Of a stretch of DNA of 64,000 nucleotides, positions 13,102 through 23,345 are shown in pieces (the first letter of the stretch is position 1; each line of letters opens with the position of its first letter). The notes beneath the pieces are model-generated. The model was not told where the DNA came from, did not search any database, and saw only the letters and a list, made by a program, of their open reading frames with translations. The stretch is from an uncultured Thermomicrobiales bacterium. GTDB lineage: Bacteria; Chloroflexota; Chloroflexia; Thermomicrobiales; CFX8. The DNA lies in contig CAYWXR010000013.1 of assembly GCA_964462545.1 (NCBI GenBank), positions 12,364 through 76,363 on the forward strand. The letters are read 5' to 3'. The position numbers and the translations under genes were made by a program.

Positions 13102-14106
13102 GTGGCAAAGCAACTAGGCATTGATCTGGGAACGGCGAACGTTCTCGTTTTCGTTCGTGGTCGCGGAATTGTCATCAATGAGCCGTCCGTTGTTGCCATT
13201 TCGGCACGGGATGGCCGTGTGCGCGCCGTCGGGCTCGAAGCTCGCAACATGCTCGGCCGCGAGCCTCGCGAGACCATCGAGGTCGTACGCCCGATGCGCG
13301 ATGGCGTTATCGCAGACTACGTGGTTACCCAGGAGATGCTGCGGTATTTCATCAACAAGGCCGCCGGGAAGTTTTCGCTGACCCGACCGGATGTCATGCT
13401 CTGCGTGCCGGCCGGGGTTACCGGAGTCGAACGTCGTGCAGTGCGCGATGCGGCCCTGCATGCCGGGGCGCGTCGTGCCTATCTGATCAGTGAGCCGCTT
13501 GCCGCAGCCATCGGCGCCCGGATTCCGGTTGCCGACCCGAGCGGTAACCTGGTGATTGACATCGGCGGTGGCACCACCGAGGTTGCGGTTATTTCGCTGA
13601 ACGCATGTGTCGTTGCGAAGTCGATCCGCGTGGGTGGCAACAAGTTTGATGAGGCGATCGCCAACTACATCAAGCGCAAGTACAACCTGCGCGTCGGTGA
13701 GCGGACTGCTGAAGAGGTGAAGATCGCCATTGGTTCGGCCATGCCGCTGGATGATGACGTGGTGATGGAAGTGCGCGGCCGTGATGAAGTCGCAGGCCTG
13801 CCGCGGACGATCCGGATCCATGGCAACGAGATCGTCGAGGCGATCACCGAGCCGCTTGAGGCGGTGATCGGCACCGTGCGGGCTGTGCTGGAAGAAACTC
13901 CCCCTGAACTCTCGTCGGACATCATCGACAAGGGCATGATTCTGACCGGCGGTGGTGCGCTGCTACGTGGGTTGAGCGACCTGCTTACCGAGGTAACCGG
14001 CGTGCCGTGCTATGTTGCCGATGACCCACTTTCGGCCGTGGCAATTGGCACCGGGCTTGCTCTCGAATACTTCGACATCTTGCGCGATTCCCTCGAGGAG
14101 CCGTAA
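13102..14106 (+). CDS. MreB/Mbl-type actin-like rod-shape protein (paralogue 1)
   Basis: 334 aa. [39 protein letters not shown] start. A second mreB lies at 25341. Confidence 0.9.
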   Translation: MAKQLGIDLGTANVLVFVRGRGIVINEPSVVAISARDGRVRAVGLEARNMLGREPRETIEVVRPMRDGVIADYVVTQEMLRYFINKAAGKFSLTRPDVMLCVPAGVTGVERRAVRDAALHAGARRAYLISEPLAAAIGARIPVADPSGNLVIDIGGGTTEVAVISLNACVVAKSIRVGGNKFDEAIANYIKRKYNLRVGERTAEEVKIAIGSAMPLDDDVVMEVRGRDEVAGLPRTIRIHGNEIVEAITEPLEAVIGTVRAVLEETPPELSSDIIDKGMILTGGGALLRGLSDLLTEVTGVPCYVADDPLSAVAIGTGLALEYFDILRDSLEEP

Positions 14107-14298
14107 GCGAATCTCTCACCGTGCAGGGAAAGCTTCCAACTCCGCCCTCTGCGGATTCCGGAGGGGCCTGATACGGTGCGAGGTTCACAGCGTCTTCTTG
14201 TCCGGGATTGATACGATTCCCGATGTCACCGTTGACGGGGTTTGGTGCTTGTCTATTCGGTGACGGTTCATCGCAGTTCAGCATGGGACGTGGGGTAG

Positions 14299-15447
14299 AT
14301 GGTTTCGCTCGCGAGTGCACGGTCGACACGGTTGCGGATCAAAACCGCCGCTGATGCCGACACCTACATGCTGGTGCTGGTAGCGCTGCTTTCCGTCTTC
14401 GGTCTCGTCGCCATCTGGAGCGCTGACGGCGCCGAGGCGGTCACCCTTGGTTCCAATGTCGCTCGTCAGGCCATGTTCGGATTTGTCGGCCTGGTCTCGA
14501 TGATCGTTCTCTCGCAGATCAACTACCGTTTCATCCGTTCCTTTGCCATCCCGATCTACATCTTCACCGTGGGTGTGCTGGCGCTCACACCATTGCTGGG
14601 GACCACGATTACCGGTTCCACCCGCTGGATTTATCTCGGGCCGATCGGCTTTCAGCCATCGGAGTTTGCCAAGCTGGGCGTGTTGATCTCGTTGGCAGCG
14701 TTCGTGGCCGAGCGGCATCATGAGATGGACCGGATCGTCAATTTCGGGCTATCGCTGGTCATCGTCGGCATCCCGACAGCGCTGGTTTACCTGCAGCCTG
14801 ACCTGGGGACCTCGGCGGTGTTCGGGGTAATGTGGTTCGCCATGATGCTCGTTTCCCGCACAAGGGCCATTTACCTCATCGGCATGGTCCTTGCGATGAT
14901 CCCGGCGATCTGGGTGGCCTGGAACTTCGTCATGCAGGACTATATGAAGGACCGCCTGCGTATTTCGTTCAACCCCGAGAGCGACTACTTCGGCGACGGG
15001 TTCAACATCGTCCAGGCGCACGTGACCATCGGTACCTCAGGCTGGTTTGGTCATGGGCTGACCGGGGGTATGCAGAGCGAATACCAGTTCCTCCGGGTGC
15101 GGACGACTGACTTCATCTTCGCCCACGCAATGAGCATGTTCGGGTTTGTCGGTGGTATTGCGTTACTGCTGGCGCTTATTCTGCTCTTCATGCGGATGAC
15201 GCGAGTGGTGTCTGTGGCCGGCGACAGTTTCGGTCGGTATATCGCAGTCGGTGTGCTGGCGATGTTTGCCTTCCAGACCTTCGTCAACATCGGGATGAAC
15301 GTTGGGTTGATGCCGGTTACCGGTATCCCGCTGCCGTTGATCTCGCTTGGCGGTAGTTCTCTGGTCGTCAGTCTTGCGTCGATCGGGATATTACAGAGCA
15401 TCATCAAGCATCACCGCAGAATGACCTTCAACACCATCCAGCGTTAG
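14299..15447 (+). CDS. rodA: SEDS-family peptidoglycan glycosyltransferase (FtsW/RodA/SpoVE); RodA by context
   Basis: 382 aa, about 10 TM segments. QPSEFAKL, FAHAMSMFGF and PLPLISLGGSS motifs. It is outside the dcw cluster and next to an mreB paralogue, so the RodA assignment is contextual. Confidence 0.8.
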   Translation: MVSLASARSTRLRIKTAADADTYMLVLVALLSVFGLVAIWSADGAEAVTLGSNVARQAMFGFVGLVSMIVLSQINYRFIRSFAIPIYIFTVGVLALTPLLGTTITGSTRWIYLGPIGFQPSEFAKLGVLISLAAFVAERHHEMDRIVNFGLSLVIVGIPTALVYLQPDLGTSAVFGVMWFAMMLVSRTRAIYLIGMVLAMIPAIWVAWNFVMQDYMKDRLRISFNPESDYFGDGFNIVQAHVTIGTSGWFGHGLTGGMQSEYQFLRVRTTDFIFAHAMSMFGFVGGIALLLALILLFMRMTRVVSVAGDSFGRYIAVGVLAMFAFQTFVNIGMNVGLMPVTGIPLPLISLGGSSLVVSLASIGILQSIIKHHRRMTFNTIQR

Positions 15448-16262
15448 CGTTGTCGTTCTGCCTGGATTTCCAGTGCCCGCGAGTAGACCGGCTTGCGGTT
15501 GAGGCCGGTGGCTGCCATTGCCCGGACGACGGCATCGCGCAGGTTGAGGCCGTCGTCGAAGGCTGCTTGCAGTTCAGCGTCGAGATTTCCGGCGGGATCA
15601 CTGACAACCACCGGCTCAATGACGACCACGAATTCACCACGGGCGTTGATTGTGCCGGCCAGTTCCCGGGCAGTTCCGCGTAGCCACTCTTCGTGGAGTT
15701 TGGTGATCTCGCGGCCGATGGTGACTCTGGCCTCGGGAAACGTTTCGGCAATCGTGGCAATAAGGCGTTCGACCCGGGTTGGGGCCTCGAACAGGATCAC
15801 CGGCAGTCCGGGGGCAAGCAGTTCCCGTAACCGTCTCGCCTGTTCGCCAGCCTGCCGAGGGGCGAACCCACCGAAGACAAATCCCCGGTCGGCAACGCCG
15901 GAAGCGGCTGCGGCGGCAATAACGGCTGATGGGCCAGGCACCGGGATGATTTTAAATCCCCGCTGCACGGCTTCGGCAACCAGCATCGAGCCAGGATCGG
16001 ACACCGCCGGCATACCGGCATCGGAGATCAGGGCGACATCGCCGGTCGCCAGCGTGTCGAAGATCTCTTCAACGCGGCGGGAAGAGGAATCGTCATGGTA
16101 GGAAACGACCCTGGTTGAGATACCGAACTTGCGCAGCATTGGCAGGGCCACCCGGGAATCTTCGGCGGCGATGAGGTCAACCTCGCCGAGGATGCGCAGT
16201 GCCCTTGCAGTGATATCTTCAAGATTGCCGATCGGCGTTGCGACCAGATACAGCGTGCCCAT
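15444..16262 (-). CDS. rsmI: 16S rRNA (cytidine1402-2'-O)-methyltransferase
   Basis: 272 aa. MGTLYLVATPIGNLEDITARALRIL and SDAGMPAVSDPG motifs (tetrapyrrole-methylase fold). Tail-to-tail 4-nt overlap with rodA. Confidence 0.9.
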   Translation of the reverse strand: MGTLYLVATPIGNLEDITARALRILGEVDLIAAEDSRVALPMLRKFGISTRVVSYHDDSSSRRVEEIFDTLATGDVALISDAGMPAVSDPGSMLVAEAVQRGFKIIPVPGPSAVIAAAAASGVADRGFVFGGFAPRQAGEQARRLRELLAPGLPVILFEAPTRVERLIATIAETFPEARVTIGREITKLHEEWLRGTARELAGTINARGEFVVVIEPVVVSDPAGNLDAELQAAFDDGLNLRDAVVRAMAATGLNRKPVYSRALEIQAERQR

Positions 16263-16397
16263 GCATCTCCGGTTGGCTCATGACAATCCCACCAGACGGG
16301 ATGTCTCCGTTATACTCGTATGATACGTACGGACACCACCCCGAGCGCTCCGGCGTGCGCGTTGACGGGGTCTTGTTTCTCGCAGGAGAAGAGATAG

Positions 16398-18215
16398 ATG
16401 CTGCCTGGCACCGATGCACCTGGTCAAACCCAATCGCTATACCGCAAGTACCGGCCAACAACATTTGAAGCGGATAACCTGGTTGGGCAGACCCACGTCA
16501 GCCGGACATTGCGCAATGCGATTGCCCAGGGGCGGGTAGCGCATGCCTATCTGTTTTGCGGGCCACGTGGCACCGGCAAGACATCGACTGCACGTCTGCT
16601 GGCGAAGGCAGTCAACTGTCTTGATTCAGACCCGGATAACCGGCCATGCAACAACTGCGAATCGTGCAACGCGATCAACCAGAACCGCGCCACCGATGTC
16701 ATCGAGATCGACGCTGCATCCAACCGCGGTATCGAGGACATGCGCGACCTGCGCGAGCAGGTGAAATACGCGCCAACCCAGTTGCGAACGAAGTTCTACA
16801 TCATCGACGAAGCGCACCGTCTCACCCGTGATGCCTTCAACGCGTTCCTGAAAACGCTGGAAGAGCCGCCACCCAATACGATCTTCGTATTGGCGACGAC
16901 CGAACCGGATGAACTGCTGGAGACGGTTGCGTCTCGCTGCCAGCGGTTCGATTTCCGCCGGATTCCGGCCGAGGACATGCATCGCCACCTGCAGAATGTC
17001 GCCCGGTCAGAGGGCATCGATATCGACGACGAGGCAATGGGCATTATCGTGCGCCAGGCAACCGGTTCGGCCCGGGATGCGCTGGGCCTGCTGGACATGC
17101 TGGCCGTTGCTGCCGGCCGTGATGGCACCGGTCAGATCGATGCAGCGTTGGTCCGCCAAATGCTGGGCCTTAGTCAGGACCAGCGGACGCTGGCGCTGCT
17201 TGAGGCATTGGCAAACCGCGACCTGGCGGCTGGCCTTGCTGTTATCAATGAAGCGGTCGATTCCGGGCAGGAGATGCGGGCTTTTGGCCGGCAGATCATT
17301 GCGGCTCTGCGGTTGTTGATGCTGGTACGTGCAGGGGCAAATCCGGCAGAAGCCGATGATGCGTTGCGGGCGCTGGCGGCCAGGTTTGAACTCCCGGACC
17401 TTCTACAGATCAACCGGCAGTTCAGCGAGGTTGATTTCGCCATCCGGAACGGTGGATTCCCGCAACTGCCGATCGAACTGGCGTTCGTCGGTTCGATTCT
17501 CCAGCAGTCGGGAACCTACATCGCACCTGCCACGGTTGAGCGACAGGTAGAACCTCCGCCACCTGTTCAGCGCTTTGAACAGCGTGCACCAGAACCGGTT
17601 CGACAGGCAGTGCCGCAACCTGCACCAGAACCTGCACCACGGCCGGTTGCCCGGCGGGTTGAGGAACAACCCGTACCGGCACCACAACCGCCACGGACCG
17701 CACCCCGATCGGCTCCTGCCGCTACTCCGGCACCAGCAGGTTCGGTCACCCTGAGCACCATCATGAACAGTTGGGACCTGATCCGGACCGAAGTGAAGAC
17801 CGTCGACCGCAAGATCGACGCGCTGCTGGCATCAACCGATCCTGGCGACGTGCGCGGATCGACCCTCTTCCTGATCGCGGCGTATCCGTTCCATCGCGGC
17901 AAGATCAATGAGGTCAAGGTCCGTGAGGTCATTGAGGATGCGGTTGAGCGGGTTGTGCGGCAACGCCTGACCGTGACAGCCGTCCTCTCGGACGAATTGC
18001 GGGCTGCGCCACCTCCGCCACCACCGGAAAGCGGTGGACCACCTCCCGAGGACGATGGCGGTGAAGAACCTGGCGGCGGTGGAGAGCCCGACACCGGCGT
18101 CGATACCGATATCTCGGCTGAGGTGGATTCCCCTGAAGAGTCGCTGGTTGCCCGTGCCCGTGCGATCTTTGAGGCGGAAGAGGTCTCGCCGGACAGTCTG
18201 CCCGGCATGCGGTAG
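16398..18215 (+). CDS. dnaX: DNA polymerase III subunit gamma/tau
   Basis: 605 aa. LYRKYRP, GPRGTGKTS, a Cys-rich zinc module CNNCESC, IIDEAH. Pro-rich linker and acidic C-terminus. Confidence 0.93.
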   Translation: MLPGTDAPGQTQSLYRKYRPTTFEADNLVGQTHVSRTLRNAIAQGRVAHAYLFCGPRGTGKTSTARLLAKAVNCLDSDPDNRPCNNCESCNAINQNRATDVIEIDAASNRGIEDMRDLREQVKYAPTQLRTKFYIIDEAHRLTRDAFNAFLKTLEEPPPNTIFVLATTEPDELLETVASRCQRFDFRRIPAEDMHRHLQNVARSEGIDIDDEAMGIIVRQATGSARDALGLLDMLAVAAGRDGTGQIDAALVRQMLGLSQDQRTLALLEALANRDLAAGLAVINEAVDSGQEMRAFGRQIIAALRLLMLVRAGANPAEADDALRALAARFELPDLLQINRQFSEVDFAIRNGGFPQLPIELAFVGSILQQSGTYIAPATVERQVEPPPPVQRFEQRAPEPVRQAVPQPAPEPAPRPVARRVEEQPVPAPQPPRTAPRSAPAATPAPAGSVTLSTIMNSWDLIRTEVKTVDRKIDALLASTDPGDVRGSTLFLIAAYPFHRGKINEVKVREVIEDAVERVVRQRLTVTAVLSDELRAAPPPPPPESGGPPPEDDGGEEPGGGGEPDTGVDTDISAEVDSPEESLVARARAIFEAEEVSPDSLPGMR

Positions 18216-18218
18216 GGG

Positions 18219-19517
18219 CTATCTACCGGTTCGCCCATCTCCAATCGCCTGGAACAGGGTCGTTGTCGTTCCTTCTTCCGGATTGAACAGTCCCAGCCGG
18301 AACGCCTCGGTACCGGTGTAGGGCTCGTTGGCTGTGCCATCCTCGCCGATTCCGGCAACGGCTCTCCAGAGCAGGCCCTCCGGCATCCACCAGAAGTCGG
18401 TTGCCCGGAAGTTCAGAGGTATCGGCACCCTGGTCAGTTCTCCGGAATCGATATTCACGATCCAGGCGGAATCGAATGTTTCCACACCAGCGCTATTGGG
18501 TGAGTTCACGACGAAGGCAATATAGCCGCCATCGGGAGACGCCGAGATCCTGACGATGCTGGCCGCCGGCGCGAAGTTGCCGGTGCTAACCAGCAATTCC
18601 ATACCGGAGCCATCCGGAGCAATCGAAAACATCGATCCTCGCGTAGCGGTAAGTGGCGTGTCCTGCGCTTCAACCAGCGCAATACGGCCACGTCCCGGGA
18701 GCCAGGCGATATCAGCGATTGAGTGGATCGCCTGGGGCGCTACCGTTGCGACCTCGAACAGTTCACCATCAATGGTCGCCAGCCAGAGTGAACCGTTCCC
18801 CTGCTCATCCTCGGCAAGTATGGCGAGATCGGTACTGCTGATGAACCATTCAACACGGCGAACGCGACGAATATGGTCCGGCAACTGAATCATCGTATCA
18901 ACGGCCGGAACGCTACCTTCCGGACGGATGAGTTCCATGATGCCGACGGTTGCATCGTCGTAGATGATTGCGATCCGGGTTGAGTTCCGCGACCACTCCA
19001 GACCGATGATCGGCGCTTCGGCATTGTCGCCACTGGTGATACGCTCCGGTGTCATCGGCGGGCCGATATTGCCATCGAGGATGATATGCACCCGCTCGAT
19101 GGTGACATCTTCGTCCCCGGATATGAGGACGACAGCTGCACGTTGGCCGTGGGTTGAGGTTGCATACGGCCCGAACCGGGTGCCGGAATCGAGCACCGGC
19201 ATGGTTTCACCATTGGCCAGCGACCAGAGTTCGCTGCCGTTGCGGAAGAAAACCTGCTCCTGGCCCGTCAGGGTCGATCCCGGTGCGAGGAGTGCCTGGA
19301 CAAACTCCGGGATGATCACTTCAGGTGATTCCTCGGGTTCAACTGTGGGTGGTTCGGCGATCTGGCCGGGGATGGTTGGTAGTTCGTTGTACCTGCCCCG
19401 CCCTCCGTCGCTGGATGCGCTGTCCGGAAGGCAAGCTGTCAGCAGCAGGGCAGTAACGATGCAAAGGGCCGCAATCGAGCCTGCCCGGTGGATGACCGCA
19501 TTTGTACGAGTTCTCAC
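18219..19517 (-). CDS. Hypothetical lipoprotein, probably beta-propeller (TolB/PD40-like) fold
   Basis: 432 aa. Signal peptide with lipobox LLTAC. The rest is repetitive beta-strand-rich sequence. The fold assignment is an impression only. Confidence 0.45.
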   Translation of the reverse strand: MRTRTNAVIHRAGSIAALCIVTALLLTACLPDSASSDGGRGRYNELPTIPGQIAEPPTVEPEESPEVIIPEFVQALLAPGSTLTGQEQVFFRNGSELWSLANGETMPVLDSGTRFGPYATSTHGQRAAVVLISGDEDVTIERVHIILDGNIGPPMTPERITSGDNAEAPIIGLEWSRNSTRIAIIYDDATVGIMELIRPEGSVPAVDTMIQLPDHIRRVRRVEWFISSTDLAILAEDEQGNGSLWLATIDGELFEVATVAPQAIHSIADIAWLPGRGRIALVEAQDTPLTATRGSMFSIAPDGSGMELLVSTGNFAPAASIVRISASPDGGYIAFVVNSPNSAGVETFDSAWIVNIDSGELTRVPIPLNFRATDFWWMPEGLLWRAVAGIGEDGTANEPYTGTEAFRLGLFNPEEGTTTTLFQAIGDGRTGR

Positions 19518-19591
19518 GCGTTGTTACACTCCCGGATATATTGACTGACCGGCACTCCATTTGCCGTATGGAATCTCCGGAAGGCTGGACT

Positions 19592-19885
19592 GTGAAGCTT
19601 GACCTCGAAACAGTGGAACGCATCGCTGCGCTTGCGCGCGTCGGGTTGACTCCCGAAGAAAAAGAGCGATTGCAAGATCAACTTTCCGCCGTTCTGGATC
19701 ATATTTCGATGCTTCAGGAAGTTGATACCGATGACATCCCGCCAACTGCTCAAGTAATCGAACTTCAGAACATTATGCGTGATGACGTGGTGGAACCGCC
19801 GCTCACCCAGGAGCAGGTTCTTGCCAATGCCCCCCAATCCGAGGATGGCTTCATCAAGGTAAAGGCCGTTCTCGACGCATCGTAA
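19592..19885 (+). CDS. gatC: Asp-tRNA(Asn)/Glu-tRNA(Gln) amidotransferase subunit C
   Basis: VKLDLETVERIAALARVGLTPEEKERL is a typical GatC N-terminus. GTG 19592 is 8 nt after GGAAGG. The ORF also allows ATG 19568 or 19502. Confidence 0.85.
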   Translation: MKLDLETVERIAALARVGLTPEEKERLQDQLSAVLDHISMLQEVDTDDIPPTAQVIELQNIMRDDVVEPPLTQEQVLANAPQSEDGFIKVKAVLDAS

Positions 19886-19942
19886 CGCCACCACCACAAC
19901 GGGCAACGACCGGAGCATTGCCTGTGAGAGGAAGACAAAACC

Positions 19943-21424
19943 GTGACCAATGATCTGACTGCGCTCGGAATCGGAGAGGCCCGGCGGTTGCTCGACGCCC
20001 GGGAGATCAGCGCCAGTGACCTGACCGAAGCCCACCTTGCCTGGATGGACCAGGTTGAAGATCAGGTCAAGGCGTTCATCACACCAATGCACGAGCAAGC
20101 CCGGAACATGGCCGCCGAGGCAGATCGCAAGATCGCTGCAGGCGATGCCGGCCCGATGACCGGCGTGCCGGTTGCGTTGAAGGACATCCTCGTCACTGTC
20201 GATGCCCCGACAACCGCCGCTTCCCGGATGCTCGAAGGCTACATGTCGCCCTATGATGCGACCGTGGTCTCGAAGCTCCGCGAGGCAGGGGCAGTGTTTG
20301 TTGGCAAGACGAACACCGATGAATTTGCGATGGGTTCGTCGACCGAGAACTCTGCGTTTTTCACCACCCGCAACCCATGGGACCTGGAGCGGGTTCCCGG
20401 TGGCAGCAGTGGTGGCTCGGCTGCCTCGGTAGCCGCCCGGGAAGCGATGGTCTCGCTCGGGTCGGACACCGGTGGCAGTATCCGCCAGCCGGCCGGGTTC
20501 TGTGGCATTGTCGGTCTCAAGCCGACCTATGGCCGGGTCTCCCGTTTCGGCCTGATGGCATTTGCGAGTTCGCTGGACCAGATTGGCCCGTTCACCCGCA
20601 ACGTTGAAGATGCGGCGATTACGCTCGGTGTGCTTGCCGGCCACGACCGCCGCGACGCGACCTCGGTGCCGATCGATGTGCCGGACTATACAGCCAGCCT
20701 GACCGGTGACATTTCCGGCCTGAAGGTTGGTGTGGTCGATGAATTCACGTCGGTGGAAGGCATGGAGCCAGGCGTTCGCGAGGCATGTGAAGCCGCCTAC
20801 GCAATGTACGAGCAGCTTGGTGCCGAACTGGTGCGGGTGCAGTTGCCACATGCGAAGTACGCTTTGCCGACTTACTACATCACCGCGCCGGCCGAGGCGA
20901 GCGCCAATCTCGCCCGTTACGACGGTGTGAAGTACGGGCTCAACATTGCCGGCGATGACCTGCTGGAGACCTACTTCCGGACCCGGGGTGAAGGTTTCGG
21001 GCTTGAGGTTAAGCGGCGGATCATGCTGGGTACCTACGCGCTGGCATCCGGCTATTACGATGCCTATTACATCAAGGCGCAGAAGGTCCGGACGCTAATC
21101 AAGCGCGACTTTGACCGGGCCTTTGAGCAAGGGGTCGATGTGATTGTTGCTCCGACCTCGCCGACGGTGGCGTTCCAGCTCGGTGCGCGGGTTGATGACC
21201 CACTCCAGATGTATCTGGCGGACATCTTCACCATTCCGGCCAACATGGCCGGTCTTCCGGGTATCGCCATCCCGTGTGGCTTTTCGGAAGGAATGCCGGT
21301 CAGCCTCCAGGTGATGGGACCGGCGTTCGGTGAGGAGCAGGTCCTGCGGGCAGCCCATGCCTACGAGCAGGCGACCGAATGGCACAAGCGGACTCCGTCT
21401 CTGGTTGAGCAGGCCGCCGGATGA
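19943..21424 (+). CDS. gatA: Asp-tRNA(Asn)/Glu-tRNA(Gln) amidotransferase subunit A
   Basis: 493 aa. Amidase signature GGSSGGSAASVAA and GSDTGGSIRQPA. Confidence 0.95.
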   Translation: MTNDLTALGIGEARRLLDAREISASDLTEAHLAWMDQVEDQVKAFITPMHEQARNMAAEADRKIAAGDAGPMTGVPVALKDILVTVDAPTTAASRMLEGYMSPYDATVVSKLREAGAVFVGKTNTDEFAMGSSTENSAFFTTRNPWDLERVPGGSSGGSAASVAAREAMVSLGSDTGGSIRQPAGFCGIVGLKPTYGRVSRFGLMAFASSLDQIGPFTRNVEDAAITLGVLAGHDRRDATSVPIDVPDYTASLTGDISGLKVGVVDEFTSVEGMEPGVREACEAAYAMYEQLGAELVRVQLPHAKYALPTYYITAPAEASANLARYDGVKYGLNIAGDDLLETYFRTRGEGFGLEVKRRIMLGTYALASGYYDAYYIKAQKVRTLIKRDFDRAFEQGVDVIVAPTSPTVAFQLGARVDDPLQMYLADIFTIPANMAGLPGIAIPCGFSEGMPVSLQVMGPAFGEEQVLRAAHAYEQATEWHKRTPSLVEQAAG

Positions 21425-21831
21425 ACCTCCGGGAGCCAGCCGCTGCCACGTTCCTGCAGCACCGCGGCAGGATTGCCATCCTGATGCTGGTGCTCGTCTG
21501 GAGCTATTTTCTGGTGGCGTTTGGCGAACAGGCCTGGCGGGCACGCGAGCTCCAGGCCGAACTCGACCGGGAGCAGGCATCAATTGCTGCGCTCGCCCGT
21601 GAGAACGAGAAACTTCAGGCACAGGTCGACCGCTACGCATCGAACGGGTACCTGGACTACGTCCAGGCCATCGCCCGTCGGGATCTTGACCTGGCAAATC
21701 CCGGTGAAACGGTGGTGTTGGTGCGCTGGCAGGACCAGGGCACTCCACAGGAAGCGGAAGAACCACCGCCGCCGGTGGATGACCGGCCCAACTGGAAACG
21801 CTGGTTGGACGCATTCTCCGACAACCCATAG
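21421..21831 (+). CDS. Septum formation initiator family protein (FtsB/DivIC-like)
   Basis: 136 aa. One N-terminal TM helix, a coiled coil (ELQAELDREQASIAALARENEKLQAQV), then YVQAIARRDLDLANPGETVV. ATGA overlap with gatA. Confidence 0.65.
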   Translation: MNLREPAAATFLQHRGRIAILMLVLVWSYFLVAFGEQAWRARELQAELDREQASIAALARENEKLQAQVDRYASNGYLDYVQAIARRDLDLANPGETVVLVRWQDQGTPQEAEEPPPPVDDRPNWKRWLDAFSDNP

Positions 21832-21843
21832 GCAGAGCAAGAG

Positions 21844-21866
21844 GGGCGACGCACTGCGTCGCCCCT
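21844..21866. terminator. Bidirectional hairpin terminator between convergent genes
   Basis: Perfect 10-bp stem GGGGCGACGC / GCGTCGCCCC with a 3-nt loop, between the FtsB-like stop (21831) and the M20 peptidase stop (21886). Confidence 0.6.
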
Positions 21867-21885
21867 TCGTCGTTCCCCTGAGGGA

Positions 21886-23112
21886 CTACTTGATGTTGAT
21901 TGCTTCCCAGTTGCGGTGCTCATCCCATGCCTTGATGCTGAGTTGCGGGTCAGTCAGGATGTCGAGCGCGGTAAGGGCCATAGCGGTCGAGACCTTGATG
22001 AACTGGTCATATCCGAACTCCGATCCGGATGCATCAACCACCTGCTGGGAGTGACCCGGAATCGGTTCATGGCTGATGGCGAACGATCCGGTGACTGACG
22101 GGACCTTGTAGGAGACATTGCCAAAGTCGGTCGAGTGCATCCCCCGGCCTTCGCGTCCGGTGGTCATGTCCAGACCGACCGCCTTCATGTTCTCGTGATA
22201 CACCCGGCCAAGCGTGTAGTTCGGGCGCATGTCGTAGCAAACGTTGTCTTCGGTGATCTTCACCTCGCAGCCGGTCATCAGAGCTGCTCCCTGGGCGATA
22301 TTGGTGACCTTGGTCATCAGTTCTTCGAGGTATTCCCGGCTGGCTGCGCGGACATACATCCGGGCGCTTGCGTATTTCGGCACGACGTTGGCTGCTTCGC
22401 CACCATTGGTGATGATGCCGTGGATGCGTGCCTCCATGTGGATGTGTTGCCGAAGGGCGTCAATACCGGTGAAGAATTTGATCACGGCGTTGAGGGCGTT
22501 GACACCGTTGTAGGGATCGGCCGCCGAGTGGGCCGGCTTGCCGAAATATTCGATATCGAAATGGGAGACGGCGAGGCAGGTGCCATCCGGCCACTGGAGC
22601 GGGGCGCTGGTCATGTGGCCGGCATGGTGGATCATCAGGGCGGCGTCGATATCATCGAAGGCTCCGGCTTCCAGCAATTTGACCTTGCCGGCACCACCTT
22701 CCTCGGCCGGGGTACCCATAATCACCAGGTTGCCGCCGACTTCATCAAGGACCGCACCAATACCGATTGCGTTTGCCAGTCCTGAGGCGCCGATCAGATT
22801 GTGACCGCAACCGTGCCCGATGCCCTTGAGGGCGTCGTATTCTGCCAGGATGGCCACCGTCGGGCCGGGACGACCGCTCCGCCGGGTGGCCCGGAACGCG
22901 GTTTCCAACCCGCAATAGGGCTTTTCCACCTCATACCCGGCTTCCTTGAGGTGATCGGCCAAAAGTTGTGAGGCCATGAACTCCTGATAGCCGATTTCCG
23001 GATTGACGCGAATCGTTTCGGCAACCTCGATGATGTGGTCCCGTTCGGCGTTGATCGCCTGTTTGATACGTTCGCGCAACGCTTCGAGGTCGACACCGGT
23101 CGTCGTGCTCAT
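21886..23112 (-). CDS. M20 family metallopeptidase/amidohydrolase (AbgB-like)
   Basis: 408 aa. GHGCGHNLIG metal-binding motif and GTPAEEGGAGK. Confidence 0.8.
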   Translation of the reverse strand: MSTTTGVDLEALRERIKQAINAERDHIIEVAETIRVNPEIGYQEFMASQLLADHLKEAGYEVEKPYCGLETAFRATRRSGRPGPTVAILAEYDALKGIGHGCGHNLIGASGLANAIGIGAVLDEVGGNLVIMGTPAEEGGAGKVKLLEAGAFDDIDAALMIHHAGHMTSAPLQWPDGTCLAVSHFDIEYFGKPAHSAADPYNGVNALNAVIKFFTGIDALRQHIHMEARIHGIITNGGEAANVVPKYASARMYVRAASREYLEELMTKVTNIAQGAALMTGCEVKITEDNVCYDMRPNYTLGRVYHENMKAVGLDMTTGREGRGMHSTDFGNVSYKVPSVTGSFAISHEPIPGHSQQVVDASGSEFGYDQFIKVSTAMALTALDILTDPQLSIKAWDEHRNWEAINIK

Positions 23113-23243
23113 GGCTGAACCCCCTGTTTCTGGTTTCGGTTTCCGATCAGACCCAGATTAGCATGACCGGGCAGCGCCGGGTTTGAGGCAGGTGCCGGAA
23201 TGATTGGTGCCGGATTGTCACGGAAACGGGAAGGAAGTGGCGT

Positions 23244-23259
23244 ATGTGTACGTACACAT
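23244..23259. promoter_or_regulatory. Palindromic operator candidate, copy A (ATGTGTACGTACACAT)
   Basis: Perfect 16-bp palindrome containing GTGTACGTACAC. Located in the divergent M20 / LysM-M23 intergenic region. Confidence 0.5.
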
Positions 23260-23345
23260 GGCCGAAAACGGTCGAGATTTACGCATATGTTGTGACATAG
23301 AGGAACAATTGCGCACTGGTATTACGAGTGCTATCCTAATGCACA

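Noticed and set aside
16311-16336. A possible fifth, degenerate copy of the palindrome (TGATACGTACGGACAC) right after a TATACT hexamer in the rsmI/dnaX divergent region.
   Set aside because: Only the central TACGTAC is shared, both half-sites deviate, and it is not a palindrome. That is too weak to call without comparative data.
16398-18215. Programmed -1 ribosomal frameshift site in dnaX (gamma versus tau).
   Set aside because: I found no A-AAA-AAG-type slippery heptamer or A-run in the gene on visual scan, so there is no support from the sequence.
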